This document shows positions 19,184 to 28,622 of a stretch of DNA of 39,526 nt, piece by piece; the stretch's first letter is position 1; each line of letters begins with the position of its first letter. This stretch comes from Deltaproteobacteria bacterium TL4. GTDB taxonomy: Bacteria; SAR324; NAC60-12. Location: positions 1-39,526 of the forward strand of contig JBBCAX010000248.1 in assembly GCA_051382335.1 (NCBI GenBank), given 5' to 3'. The notes below the pieces were generated by a model. The model did no database searches, was not told the DNA's origin, and worked only from the letters and a program-made list of their open reading frames with translations. The position numbers were made by a program, and so were the translations under genes.

Positions 19184-22117
19184 ATGTTTTTAAATCGTAT
19201 TTCAATTAAACATAAGCTCCTGATCATGCTGACGTTACCTGTCATCGGGGTGCTGTTCTTTTCTATGGAGGGAATCTCCAGGAAATATGAAATCCGGCGT
19301 GATATTGAAACGTTAAAAGACAAAACCACGTATATTGAGAAAGTTAGTGATTTGATTCAGGAAATCCATGCTGAAAGAATTTTTGCCTCAGGGTTCCTCG
19401 GGAGTCAGGGTCAGTTTTTCGAAAAGAATTTCGTTTCTCAACAAGCTAACACGGATCGTGCACTGCAGGATTTACTTGAATTCACAGCCTCGTTACCGCC
19501 TCTTCCGATCCCTCAAAAATTCTCCTTATTTTCCAATGTGATGCGAATGTTAAAAGAAATTCAAAAACATCGAAGTGCTCTTTTGCGGTTTCAAGGTTCT
19601 TTTGACGAAATAGTTGCGTTTTATACTCGATTGAATCAGCTTTTAATAGAAAATATTGCGCCTTCAGCCAGTGATCTTAATTTTCCTGAACTTAAAGAAA
19701 ACAGGACAGCTTTGACAAGCTTCTTAATCATGCAGGAACTTCATGGCGAGACAGCGGCGATACTCAGTTATGCTTATGCCTTGGGGCGAATGGATGAACA
19801 CCCTTATCGTCAATTGGAAGCGCTATTGTTGAAGCAAGAAGCGCAGCGTGAGATCTTCTTTTCCTTGTTTGCGGAAGGGCACTCTTATCAAGAGGAACTC
19901 CAACAAAAACCTTTCATGAAAGAATTTGATCGGATGCAAATGCTTGCGCTGCAAAATGTGGCGCCAAAGCCTTTGGAAATCGATCCTGAAGCTTGGTACC
20001 TGCAAGAAAAACAAGTACGTAATTTTTTTCAAGTCATTGAAACTCACTTGCTTGATGACCGAAAAGCTCAGATTGAGCACTTGCGGGAAAACAGTTTGAA
20101 TGATTATCTTAAGTACTTGGGGATCTTTGTAATTGGTGGAATCTGTACTTTATTCGTTGGCATGTTGATCATTAACAACATTAAACAACGTATTCTTTTA
20201 ATGTTTCATGCTTTAAAAGAAATCTCCGAAGGAAATTTTGATCCGCAAACCTCTTCGGCTCTTCAACACTGGAACAATCAGGATGAGTTATCTGTTTTAT
20301 CTGAAACGATCACCGAGATGTCCAATAAGCTGGCGGCCCTTTTTTCAGAATCAAAAGGGGTTACAGTACAGCTATTCGAGGCTAATCTCAAATTGGAGAA
20401 AGCGGTTTCACGACACAAAATAACAGAGCAGGAGTTAAGAGAGGGGCAGCGTACCATCATGACCTTGATGGGCAATTTGAATGGCTTGGTTTATCGTTGT
20501 CGTAATGAAGCCGAATGGACTATGAGGTTTGTCAGTGAAGGGTGCTTTAAATTAACAGGTTATCATCCTTCGCAACTGATTGAAAACTTCGCTGTTTCTT
20601 TTGGGAGCTTGATTCATAACGACGACCAGGCTTTTATTTGGAGCGAAGTCCAGAAGGCACTTGAGACAAAAAAACATTTTCAATGCATTTATCGTATTGT
20701 CACCGCATCAGGAGGGATGAAGTGGGTTTGGAATCAAGGTTGTGGTGTTTTTGATACCCAGGGAAAACTTCTGTGTATTGAAGGCTTTATCACAGATATT
20801 TCTGAATTAAAGAACGCAGAAGAAGCCATCCAGCGTTCTTATCGTGAACTGGAACGAATCTCGAAAACTTTCCAGTTGTTTGTGCCTAGACAATTTTTAC
20901 ATCGTATTCAGAATTCAGAGGACCAGATCATACCAGGCGAAGTGCAAGAGGAGAAACTCACTATTTTGTTTTCAGATATTCGTTCTTACACGATGCTCTG
21001 TGAGCAAATGAGTTCTAAGGACATGGTTGAGTTCTTAAATACTTACCTCCATTTGATGGAACCTTGTATCACCGCAAATCACGGTTTTATTGATAAGTTT
21101 ATTGGTGATGCGATCATGGCGCTGTTTGAGTTGGAGAGTTCTTCCGTTCAAGCGGTACAAGCCGCGGTCGATATGCAACAGGCCATCAATACTTACAATG
21201 AAACCCGGGATGGAACGCATCGGCCCTTTATTAAAGTGGGAATGGGAATTAATACAGGGACGGTAATGATTGGAGCCTTAGGTTCTGCCAATCGTTTGGA
21301 ATCAACTGTTATCGGCGATCATGTCAACCTCACTTCTCGACTGGAAGGCTTGACGAAAAAATACAAAGTCCGGATTCTTATTTCACAATATACTTACGAT
21401 GCCTTACCTGAGGATCACTTTTTAATTCGTGAAATTGATACGGTCAAAGTGCATGGCAAATCGAACGCAACCAGGATTTATGAAGTTTATGATGCGGATA
21501 GAGAAGACATTCGTGAGAAAAAAGAACAGACCAAGTCTATGTTTTCAAAGGGGATACAAACCTACAAAGTGGGAAAATTCCAGGAGGCTCTCGCGTATTT
21601 TCTAAAAGTATTGGATGTTCATTCAAGTGACCGAGTTGCGTTGGAGTATGTAAAACGCTGTCATTATTACAGCAAATATCCTCCCTCCTTGGAAGAATGG
21701 GGGGGCGTGACTCCTGAAAATTATCAATTCATCGATCAGAGCATCAGACGCCATTGGCCAAGGCATGTCTTAAATACTCCTGCCAATTTATTTAAGACAC
21801 ACTCCGACCTCCAACTGGCTGGAATCATACGCAACATTTCAGAAGGAGGCATTCAGTTGGATACTTCCCATAATCTTCAATTAGGGGATACGGTTAATGT
21901 TGAGATCTTCCTGCCGCAGAAAACCCTGGACGATTTTTTGGATCAGAAACCCCATAAAGTTTGGTGTCAAGTGGTTTGGCAAATTCCAAACGATGTTTTT
22001 AATCAGCGCCCCTATTGGGAAACAGGTTTGGAATTTGTGGTGATTTCAGATGATGATGAACAAAGGTTAAAGCAAATTTTGGGACCCATTAAAGTGAAGA
22101 CACCTGAGCTCACCTAG
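19184..22117 (+). CDS. Membrane class III adenylate cyclase with NIT-like sensor, HAMP, PAS and C-terminal PilZ domain
   Basis: Two TM segments flank a NIT-like region (IQEIHAERIFASGFLGSQG). HAMP (DELSVL) and PAS follow. The cyclase has FSDIRSYT, DKFIGDAIMA and TVIGDHVNLTSRLE. PilZ motifs RHWPR and NISEGG are present. Confidence 0.85.
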   Translation: MFLNRISIKHKLLIMLTLPVIGVLFFSMEGISRKYEIRRDIETLKDKTTYIEKVSDLIQEIHAERIFASGFLGSQGQFFEKNFVSQQANTDRALQDLLEFTASLPPLPIPQKFSLFSNVMRMLKEIQKHRSALLRFQGSFDEIVAFYTRLNQLLIENIAPSASDLNFPELKENRTALTSFLIMQELHGETAAILSYAYALGRMDEHPYRQLEALLLKQEAQREIFFSLFAEGHSYQEELQQKPFMKEFDRMQMLALQNVAPKPLEIDPEAWYLQEKQVRNFFQVIETHLLDDRKAQIEHLRENSLNDYLKYLGIFVIGGICTLFVGMLIINNIKQRILLMFHALKEISEGNFDPQTSSALQHWNNQDELSVLSETITEMSNKLAALFSESKGVTVQLFEANLKLEKAVSRHKITEQELREGQRTIMTLMGNLNGLVYRCRNEAEWTMRFVSEGCFKLTGYHPSQLIENFAVSFGSLIHNDDQAFIWSEVQKALETKKHFQCIYRIVTASGGMKWVWNQGCGVFDTQGKLLCIEGFITDISELKNAEEAIQRSYRELERISKTFQLFVPRQFLHRIQNSEDQIIPGEVQEEKLTILFSDIRSYTMLCEQMSSKDMVEFLNTYLHLMEPCITANHGFIDKFIGDAIMALFELESSSVQAVQAAVDMQQAINTYNETRDGTHRPFIKVGMGINTGTVMIGALGSANRLESTVIGDHVNLTSRLEGLTKKYKVRILISQYTYDALPEDHFLIREIDTVKVHGKSNATRIYEVYDADREDIREKKEQTKSMFSKGIQTYKVGKFQEALAYFLKVLDVHSSDRVALEYVKRCHYYSKYPPSLEEWGGVTPENYQFIDQSIRRHWPRHVLNTPANLFKTHSDLQLAGIIRNISEGGIQLDTSHNLQLGDTVNVEIFLPQKTLDDFLDQKPHKVWCQVVWQIPNDVFNQRPYWETGLEFVVISDDDEQRLKQILGPIKVKTPELT

Positions 22118-22331
22118 AGAGATCTAATCCCCAGGCAAACATTCCATGCCTTTCTCTCAGAAACACCTTGAATTTGCGTCTTATTAAACGTATTTGAAGT
22201 ACAATACTTGAAGCGTCATCTTGATCTGGGGGGATTCCTATTCAACACCCCTCTCTCCGAACTTACCATGCGCCAAAGTACTTCAAAAAAAAAGGCCAAG
22301 CTGGATCTGCAAACATTATTGATGAGTCCTT

Positions 22332-23267
22332 ATGGAAGACCAAGGTATCCTTTTACGAGCAGGAACCAATGAACTCGAAGTCTTGGGAATAATCCTGGGA
22401 ACGCAGTATTTTGGAATTAACGCTTTGAAAGTATTACAAATTATTCCTTATAAGCCTGAAGACGTTACCCACCTTCCTGGACCGAGGTCTTCAATGTTAG
22501 GAACTCTTCTGTTTCAAGATAATTGTATTTCGTTAGTCGATCTTAAAGCACATATCCATAAAAAGGAAGTGGCGTCAAAAGAATACCGACAGGTTGTGCT
22601 GATTACCGAATTTAACAAGCAAATAAATGGTTTCCTTATTGATGGTGTGGATCAAATATATAGAGTCAGTTGGGAAAAAATTCACTCGCCTTCTCCTCTT
22701 TTAACAGCCGGTTCCGTCTCACAAGTTACGGGAATCGTTACCATTGACAATCACGAAGTCATCATGCTTGATTTTGAGAAGATTGTTCGTGAAATAGGGG
22801 CCAACGCCGCGGACGACGCTGAAGACACCCCGGACATTTCGGCAGTTCCTGAATTGCAAGAGCAACGAAGGCTTATCAAAATTATGGTTTCGGAAGATTC
22901 CAAATTAATTAGAACCCAAATTACCAAGAAACTGAAACAGGCCAATTACACGGATGTTGAAAGCTTCGAAAATGGAAAACACCTTTACCTTGCCATCCAG
23001 GCCTTAATTGCAAGAGCACGACAGGAAAATCGACCGGTTACGGATTATTTAATCATCATTATTACCGATATTGAAATGCCAGGAATGGATGGGCTGACCT
23101 TATGCAAGGCGATTAAAGCGGAAGTGCCTGAAGTCCACGTTCTTATTTTGTCATCCATGATCAGTGAACAAATGGCGTTGAAATGTTCAGAAGTTCATGC
23201 GGATGCGTACCTTTCCAAGAAAGATATTCAAAAGTTAATACAAGTCGTTGATGAATTGTGCCTATGA
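22332..23267 (+). CDS. cheV: Chemotaxis protein CheV (CheW plus REC)
   Basis: ILLRAGTNELE, YFGINALKV, VLITEFN and MLDFEKIV motifs; REC with ITDIEMPGMDG. Confidence 0.88.
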   Translation: MEDQGILLRAGTNELEVLGIILGTQYFGINALKVLQIIPYKPEDVTHLPGPRSSMLGTLLFQDNCISLVDLKAHIHKKEVASKEYRQVVLITEFNKQINGFLIDGVDQIYRVSWEKIHSPSPLLTAGSVSQVTGIVTIDNHEVIMLDFEKIVREIGANAADDAEDTPDISAVPELQEQRRLIKIMVSEDSKLIRTQITKKLKQANYTDVESFENGKHLYLAIQALIARARQENRPVTDYLIIIITDIEMPGMDGLTLCKAIKAEVPEVHVLILSSMISEQMALKCSEVHADAYLSKKDIQKLIQVVDELCL

Positions 23268-24439
23268 TTCTGCACTCTCACCCCCTGAATGAAATGGCTG
23301 ACACCACAACGCACGCACGTATTCTTACCGTTGATGATGATCCGCATGTGCTTCAACAAGTCAAGGAATTGCTGACTTCCTTGGGATATCATTCTGGTAT
23401 TTTACCCAGAGCCGAGTTTCTTTTTCAACGTTTGGATGTGGAATTGTATGATTTAATCCTGATGGATGTCCACATGCCGATGATTGACGGCCTCACTTTA
23501 TTAAAAAAAATTAAAGAGCATCCCCTTTATCAAAATATTCCTGTAATCATGTTGACCGGAGAAGTCAGTGAACACGTATTGGAAGAGTGTTTTAATGCAG
23601 GAGCAACCGACTATATCAATAAGCCTGTTCGCCCTGTCGTCCTGAGCGCAAGGATTCGTGCCGCCATATCGGCAAAACTGGCCTTTGATCAGATTGCGGT
23701 GCAAAATCAACAGTTTCAAAAAGATATGGATTTAGCCGCCAGTGCGCAACAGTTTGTTCTCAAGCCGCTCCCTGAGCTTTCTTTTTTAAAAATATGCAAA
23801 ATATACCAACCTTTTGGTGGAGTTTCAGGCGACACCTATGACGTCTCCGCAGCCTCCAATCAAAGTGTTAATATCTTCTTGGGCGATGCGACAGGGCATG
23901 GCATTGATGCCGCGTTCATAACGATGATGATTCAAGTGGGGCTTGAAACCATTTTTCCAATTCTGGCGCCCAGCATTATGATCCGTCAATTGAATAAACT
24001 TATTTTTGCTCGTATCCCGGATGGAAATTACATGTGTGCCTCCCTGGTCAAAATATTTCCGGATGGACGCTTAACTTTTTGTGCGGCAGGTAATCCGCCC
24101 TTACTCATTTTGAATCCAGAAACCAGTGAAGTGACCGCATTGATCCAGGGAACTCAAGCCATTGGAATGTTTGATGAGGAAATCACACCCTTTGTGGATC
24201 TCAAATATCAGCTAAAATCAGGGGACCGGATTTTTATGTTTACGGATGGTCTCACTGAGTGGGAAAATGCTCAAAGAGAGGAATTCGGTAAAGAGCGGTT
24301 GATTGATTTCATCCAAGCCAATTCCACCTTGGACTTAGATGTGTTGTGTGACAATTTGATGAAATATCTCCAGAAATTTTCGAATGGAATTAAAGCTCAT
24401 GACGATATTACGTTACTGGCCATTCAATATCGGGGGTAA
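23264..24439 (+). CDS. Response regulator with SpoIIE/RsbU-type PP2C phosphatase output
   Basis: REC (TVDDD, MDVHMPMIDG) plus VSGDTYD, DATGHG, FTDGLTE and DDITLL. ATGA overlap with the cheV stop. Confidence 0.88.
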   Translation: MILHSHPLNEMADTTTHARILTVDDDPHVLQQVKELLTSLGYHSGILPRAEFLFQRLDVELYDLILMDVHMPMIDGLTLLKKIKEHPLYQNIPVIMLTGEVSEHVLEECFNAGATDYINKPVRPVVLSARIRAAISAKLAFDQIAVQNQQFQKDMDLAASAQQFVLKPLPELSFLKICKIYQPFGGVSGDTYDVSAASNQSVNIFLGDATGHGIDAAFITMMIQVGLETIFPILAPSIMIRQLNKLIFARIPDGNYMCASLVKIFPDGRLTFCAAGNPPLLILNPETSEVTALIQGTQAIGMFDEEITPFVDLKYQLKSGDRIFMFTDGLTEWENAQREEFGKERLIDFIQANSTLDLDVLCDNLMKYLQKFSNGIKAHDDITLLAIQYRG

Positions 24440-24495
24440 TCTCTCCAAAAGTAAACACAGTTATTCTTTATGACACTCATAACTAAAGGAAAACA

Positions 24496-25872
24496 ATGTC
24501 TGAACTCAAAGGAATGTTATCGCTCAGTCAGCTTTCAAAAATGGTAGAATCCAACGAAATTGAAACCGTTTTACTGGTCTTTACTGATGTGTATGGTCGT
24601 TTTATGGGGAAGCGTTTTGACGCGGAATTTTTCATAAAAGACACGGCTTCTCATGGGGGGCATGTTTGCAATTATCTGCTGGCCGTTGATATGGAAATGG
24701 TGCCCGTTGAGGGCTATCAATTCGCGAGTTGGGAGCGCGGTTACGGGGATTATCGTCTCATCCCTGATTTAAGTACGTTACGGATTGCAAGCTGGTTGGA
24801 CAAAACGGCGATGGCCATCTGTGACTTAAAAGATGAAAATGAGAATTTTCCGCCACATGTTCCCCGATCAATGCTCAAAGCTCAAATAGAAAAGGCAAAA
24901 GCCCTGGATTATTCCGCAAAAGCCAGTTCCGAGTTGGAATATTATATTTTTAATGATTCTTACCGTGAAGCCTATCAAAAAGGCTATCTGTCCTTACAAC
25001 CTGCGGGTTGGTATAGTGAGGATTATCACGCACTGCAAGGCATGCGGGTTGAACCCTATAACAGTGCCGTTCGCAAACATTTAAAATTGTCGGGCATCCC
25101 TGTTGAAAATTCCAAAGGTGAAACAGGAATAGGTCAGCATGAACTCAATGTACGCTATGCGGATGTGCTGGCCATGGCAGACCGTCATTCAATTTACAAA
25201 CAGTGTATGAAGGAAATTGCCGAAACCATGGGCATCAGCGTGACCTTTATGGCAAAGTACTGTACCGAGGATGCCGGTTCCAGTTGTCATATTCATTTGA
25301 GTTTATGGAAAGAGGGGAAAAACGCGTTCGCTGGCTTTCAAGCGTTAGGACAGGCAAAATGTTCTAATATTTTTAAATGGTTTTTAGGTGGATGGATGGC
25401 GCATACTCCTGAGTTGATGGTATTTTACGCTCCAACCGTTAATTCTTACAAACGTTATCAGGCGGGGTCCTGGGCGCCCACGAGGATTGCCTGGAGTTAT
25501 GATAATCGAACCGCCGGATTTCGCATTGTAGGTACGGGGAATAGTCTAAGAATTGAATGTAGAATTCCAGGTGCGGACTGTAATCCCTATTTAGTCTACG
25601 CCGCAGCCTTGGCTTCAGGTTTGGATGGGATTCAAAATCAAATCAATCCTCCGCCTATTTTCGAGGGGGATGTCTATACTGCGGAAACCTTACCCCGCGT
25701 TCCACTGACCTTCACGGAAGCCATCGCTCAATTTGAAAAAAGTGAGTTTGTTCGACAGGCCTTCGGTGAGGAGGTCGTTGCGCACTATGTTCATCACTTT
25801 AAAACGGAGCAGAGCGCGTATGACAACGTAGTGACCGACTGGGAACGGAAACGTTATTTTGAAAGGATATAG
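24496..25872 (+). CDS. Glutamine synthetase-like gamma-glutamyl-amine ligase (PuuA/GlnA-like)
   Basis: DVYGRFMGKR, SELEYY, GQHELN, TFMAK, GSSCHIHLSLW, DNRTAGFR and RIECRIPGADCNPY motifs. It is paired with a C26 hydrolase. Confidence 0.85.
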   Translation: MSELKGMLSLSQLSKMVESNEIETVLLVFTDVYGRFMGKRFDAEFFIKDTASHGGHVCNYLLAVDMEMVPVEGYQFASWERGYGDYRLIPDLSTLRIASWLDKTAMAICDLKDENENFPPHVPRSMLKAQIEKAKALDYSAKASSELEYYIFNDSYREAYQKGYLSLQPAGWYSEDYHALQGMRVEPYNSAVRKHLKLSGIPVENSKGETGIGQHELNVRYADVLAMADRHSIYKQCMKEIAETMGISVTFMAKYCTEDAGSSCHIHLSLWKEGKNAFAGFQALGQAKCSNIFKWFLGGWMAHTPELMVFYAPTVNSYKRYQAGSWAPTRIAWSYDNRTAGFRIVGTGNSLRIECRIPGADCNPYLVYAAALASGLDGIQNQINPPPIFEGDVYTAETLPRVPLTFTEAIAQFEKSEFVRQAFGEEVVAHYVHHFKTEQSAYDNVVTDWERKRYFERI

Positions 25873-25879
25873 GTCCCGC

Positions 25880-26584
25880 ATGAAACAGCCCCTGATTGGT
25901 CTCACAACTTATGGTTGCAATGAGAAACAACGCTATACGTTACCCGTGGTTTATGTCGAAGCCGTTAGAAGAGCCGGAGGCATCCCCCTCTTAATCGTTC
26001 CGGGAGAGCCTCATCTTCACAGCATATTGGAAGTATTAGACGGCATGATTTTGACCGGAGGTGGTGATATTCACCCCAATCGGTACGGTGGAACTCACCA
26101 TAAAACCATGTACCAGTTTGACCATGGAAGAGATCAATCCGAAATGGATATTACGCAGTGGGTTTTGAATTCCGGTATGCCGATGTTGTGCATTTGTAGA
26201 GGAGCCCAGGTTTTAAATGTCACTTTGGGAGGAACCCTGATTGAGCACATTCCTGATGAAGTAGGTGAAAAAGTCTTGCATCGAGCTCCGCTTGTAGAAC
26301 CTGTTGCTCACGAAGTTCGCATCCTTCCCTATACACGTCTGGCAAATACGTTGGGCGTCTCTCAACTGAAGGTGATGTCCTGGCATCATCAAGCCTTAAG
26401 AAAAGTCGCGGATCCCCTGAAAGTCGTGGCCTTTGCTGAAGATGACATTATTGAAGCGGTAGAACTTCCGTCACACCCTTGGTTACTGGCGGTACAATGG
26501 CACCCTGAACTTACAGCAGCAGAAGACCCCCTCCAGCAAAATTTGTTCAATGCCCTGGTGGAAAAATCTCAAAGACCCCGATAA
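25880..26584 (+). CDS. Gamma-glutamyl-gamma-aminobutyrate hydrolase family (peptidase C26, PuuD-like)
   Basis: LTGGGDIHP, ICRGAQVLNV, SWHHQA and VQWHPE class I amidotransferase triad. Confidence 0.88.
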   Translation: MKQPLIGLTTYGCNEKQRYTLPVVYVEAVRRAGGIPLLIVPGEPHLHSILEVLDGMILTGGGDIHPNRYGGTHHKTMYQFDHGRDQSEMDITQWVLNSGMPMLCICRGAQVLNVTLGGTLIEHIPDEVGEKVLHRAPLVEPVAHEVRILPYTRLANTLGVSQLKVMSWHHQALRKVADPLKVVAFAEDDIIEAVELPSHPWLLAVQWHPELTAAEDPLQQNLFNALVEKSQRPR

Positions 26585-26797
26585 TAAGAACTTCGCCACC
26601 GAATCACAGAGCTATAGAGCAATACCCCTGAGTGAAATAAAAGAACCTTATGGATGACAAGGCACTTAACATTTTGCTCTGCTCAGAAAGCAAGTAATCA
26701 CCAGCTAAGACCTAAACGCTAACACCTAATATCTCATTTGCACAGGTAGAAACTTTATTTCATTAATCAGAAATGGCTATCAACTTACGTTTTAGGA

Positions 26798-26921
26798 TGC
26801 CAACGTTTGCGTGACAGCAGCAGACCAACGGTGAACGTTGAAAAAGCCACTGTCCTTACGAGTTACTATAACTTGTCGAAAAAAAGCGCGGGTCTGCCGT
26901 ACTGTCCACGCCGAGTTGGGC
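26798..26921 (-). other. Integron attC recombination site
   Basis: Minus strand reads R'' GCCCAAC ... R' GTTGGCA, with paired arms GCGTGGACAG/CTGTCACGC (extrahelical base) and GCAGACC/GGTCTGC. It lies downstream of a minus-strand gene. Confidence 0.75.
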
Positions 26922-26978
26922 TAGAACCTACCTCTAACGGCTGCACAGTGAAACAATTACCCACATAAACACCAATTG

Positions 26979-27623
26979 TTACTTGATATAATATTCATTT
27001 AACTCTGGAAGTAATCCAACATCTCTTGCAAACACATCTAGTCGGTTACCAGTCACCTCTCCGAGGTGATTGACAGTAATATCTTTGGCTTTTTCATAGT
27101 CTATTGAAACATTTTTCAGAAGATGTTTTACGCCAATATCATCTTTAGGTTCTCCTGAAACCATTTTCATAGCAATAAGGTATTCGACAGGTACCACAGG
27201 CATCTGAATTTCATCGTCGATTTCCACATTTTGTGTAGAGGCTTCCAGTGCTTCTAAAAATAGTTGTTCTACCTGGATATGTCTATCTATGAAATCAATA
27301 TAAATTTCATTTTCTCTGATACCAAGTCCTCCAATATTAAGATGCATATAATGTAAATTGCTTTCCTTAATGGCTTGCTCAATAGATTCAATATTTTTAT
27401 AGGGAACAGCAATATCAATATCTTTAGTGAATTGGTGGATCGTCTCATCTTCAATATGAACCCACATTGCAACACCACCAATTAGTGCGTATTTTTCTAC
27501 ATTAGCTTTTTTTAGGATTTCAATTGCTTTTTTTGCTGAAATATTGGGATTGAAAGAAACTAATCGCTTTTTTATGGTTTTTGAGTGTTTCTTTATTTTT
27601 GGATTGTATCGTTCGTTTTCCAT
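26979..27623 (-). CDS. Nucleotidyltransferase (AbiEii/DUF6036-like), cassette-borne
   Basis: YALIGGVAM...FTKDIDIAV motif and EYLIAMKMVSGEPKD. Visibly AT-rich relative to flanking genes. Confidence 0.7.
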   Translation of the reverse strand: MENERYNPKIKKHSKTIKKRLVSFNPNISAKKAIEILKKANVEKYALIGGVAMWVHIEDETIHQFTKDIDIAVPYKNIESIEQAIKESNLHYMHLNIGGLGIRENEIYIDFIDRHIQVEQLFLEALEASTQNVEIDDEIQMPVVPVEYLIAMKMVSGEPKDDIGVKHLLKNVSIDYEKAKDITVNHLGEVTGNRLDVFARDVGLLPELNEYYIK

Positions 27624-27642
27624 AGAATGTCTGTAAAAATGT

Positions 27643-28065
27643 TTATCCTGTGAGGTTGTTGTAGTAAAAAGTATCCGCTAGAAGCTTTCCATTCCAACTA
27701 AGCAAACACCTAGCCGATGTATTCATTATCTGTGTTGCCCTTAATTTATCGGGGTCAAGCATCTCATCATAATCACTGCTTTGACGCTCATCAAACGCAT
27801 GGTGAATAAAACGGGATAATTCTTTAGGAAATTCACCTGTTTTGACAAATTCCCTGTCAAAGAGACTGATCACACCACTATGTTTGGAACTGCCTAACCC
27901 CTTGGTCGCCAATAATGCGGATACCGCATAAAACATCGCGTAATAAGAACGATTGATACTTCCTCGAAATGCTGATTTTTCCAGCAAAATATGAGCTTCT
28001 CGCAATGTGTCTCGTGCCTGAGAAAGTCGATGTTGTATCAATAAACTGAGTTGGTCGTCATTCAC
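27643..28065 (-). CDS. HEPN-domain protein; C-terminus possibly replaced
   Basis: NRSYYAMFYA, KHSGVISLFDREFVKTG and RQSSDY motifs. GTGA overlap with the upstream MNT gene. Confidence 0.85.
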   Translation of the reverse strand: MNDDQLSLLIQHRLSQARDTLREAHILLEKSAFRGSINRSYYAMFYAVSALLATKGLGSSKHSGVISLFDREFVKTGEFPKELSRFIHHAFDERQSSDYDEMLDPDKLRATQIMNTSARCLLSWNGKLLADTFYYNNLTG

Positions 28066-28385
28066 ACCTCAACTCCTTCCTTTTCTATTTGCGCAATCAG
28101 CGGATTGGCTCCTTGCGCTCCTTGTTGTATTTCCGCTACAGTAGTCACGAAGGTTCCAATAACACGATCATTTTCAAACCCTACTTCCCACGCTAAATCT
28201 GATATTTGATAACGAAGAGTGTTGTTCATACTTTCGGTTTTGACAAAAATATCCAGATCCGAGTCTTCTGAAAAATCCCCTCTTGCTCTGGAACCAAATA
28301 CTTTGAGTTCAAAAACTGGGATGATCTGTTTCAATCGGTCACGAAACATCCTGGCGATTTGTCGATCTTTGTCTAATAGTTTCAT
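28062..28385 (-). CDS. Minimal nucleotidyltransferase (MNT) partner of HEPN
   Basis: FGSRARGDFSEDSDLDI (GS-x10-DxD) and C-terminal IEKEGVEV. ATG at 28385 is preferred over GTG at 28421, which overlaps the attC core remnant. Confidence 0.88.
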   Translation of the reverse strand: MKLLDKDRQIARMFRDRLKQIIPVFELKVFGSRARGDFSEDSDLDIFVKTESMNNTLRYQISDLAWEVGFENDRVIGTFVTTVAEIQQGAQGANPLIAQIEKEGVEV

Positions 28386-28493
28386 TTTCTCTATAGCATT
28401 AATGTTAATGATGAGCCTCACTCCAACGCTGGGATGATGAAAACAAGGGTCAACTAGCGTTCTTAAATTGTTTCTGTGTTACTCATTGGATTT

Positions 28494-28554
28494 CGTGAAT
28501 CGTGCTCGTGAACGAATTGAAAGGAATCGAGCACGTTTACGAGCACAATTCACG
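28494..28554. repeat. Palindromic repeat element inside the cassette array
   Basis: CGTGAATCGTGCTCGTGAACG / CGTTTACGAGCACAATTCACG, 21-bp arms with 2 mismatches. Confidence 0.7.
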
Positions 28555-28622
28555 GAGACAAAAACGAGAGCACTGCTTTTAGAAGAAAATAATTATCTTT
28601 CAAGTGTATTTTTATCACCCCA

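Noticed and set aside
26932..26985. Possible additional short attC directly after the NTase stop (AAGTAAC...GTTAGAG on the minus strand)
   Set aside because: R'' does not fit RYYYAAC and the L-box arms pair poorly, so it is too weak to call.
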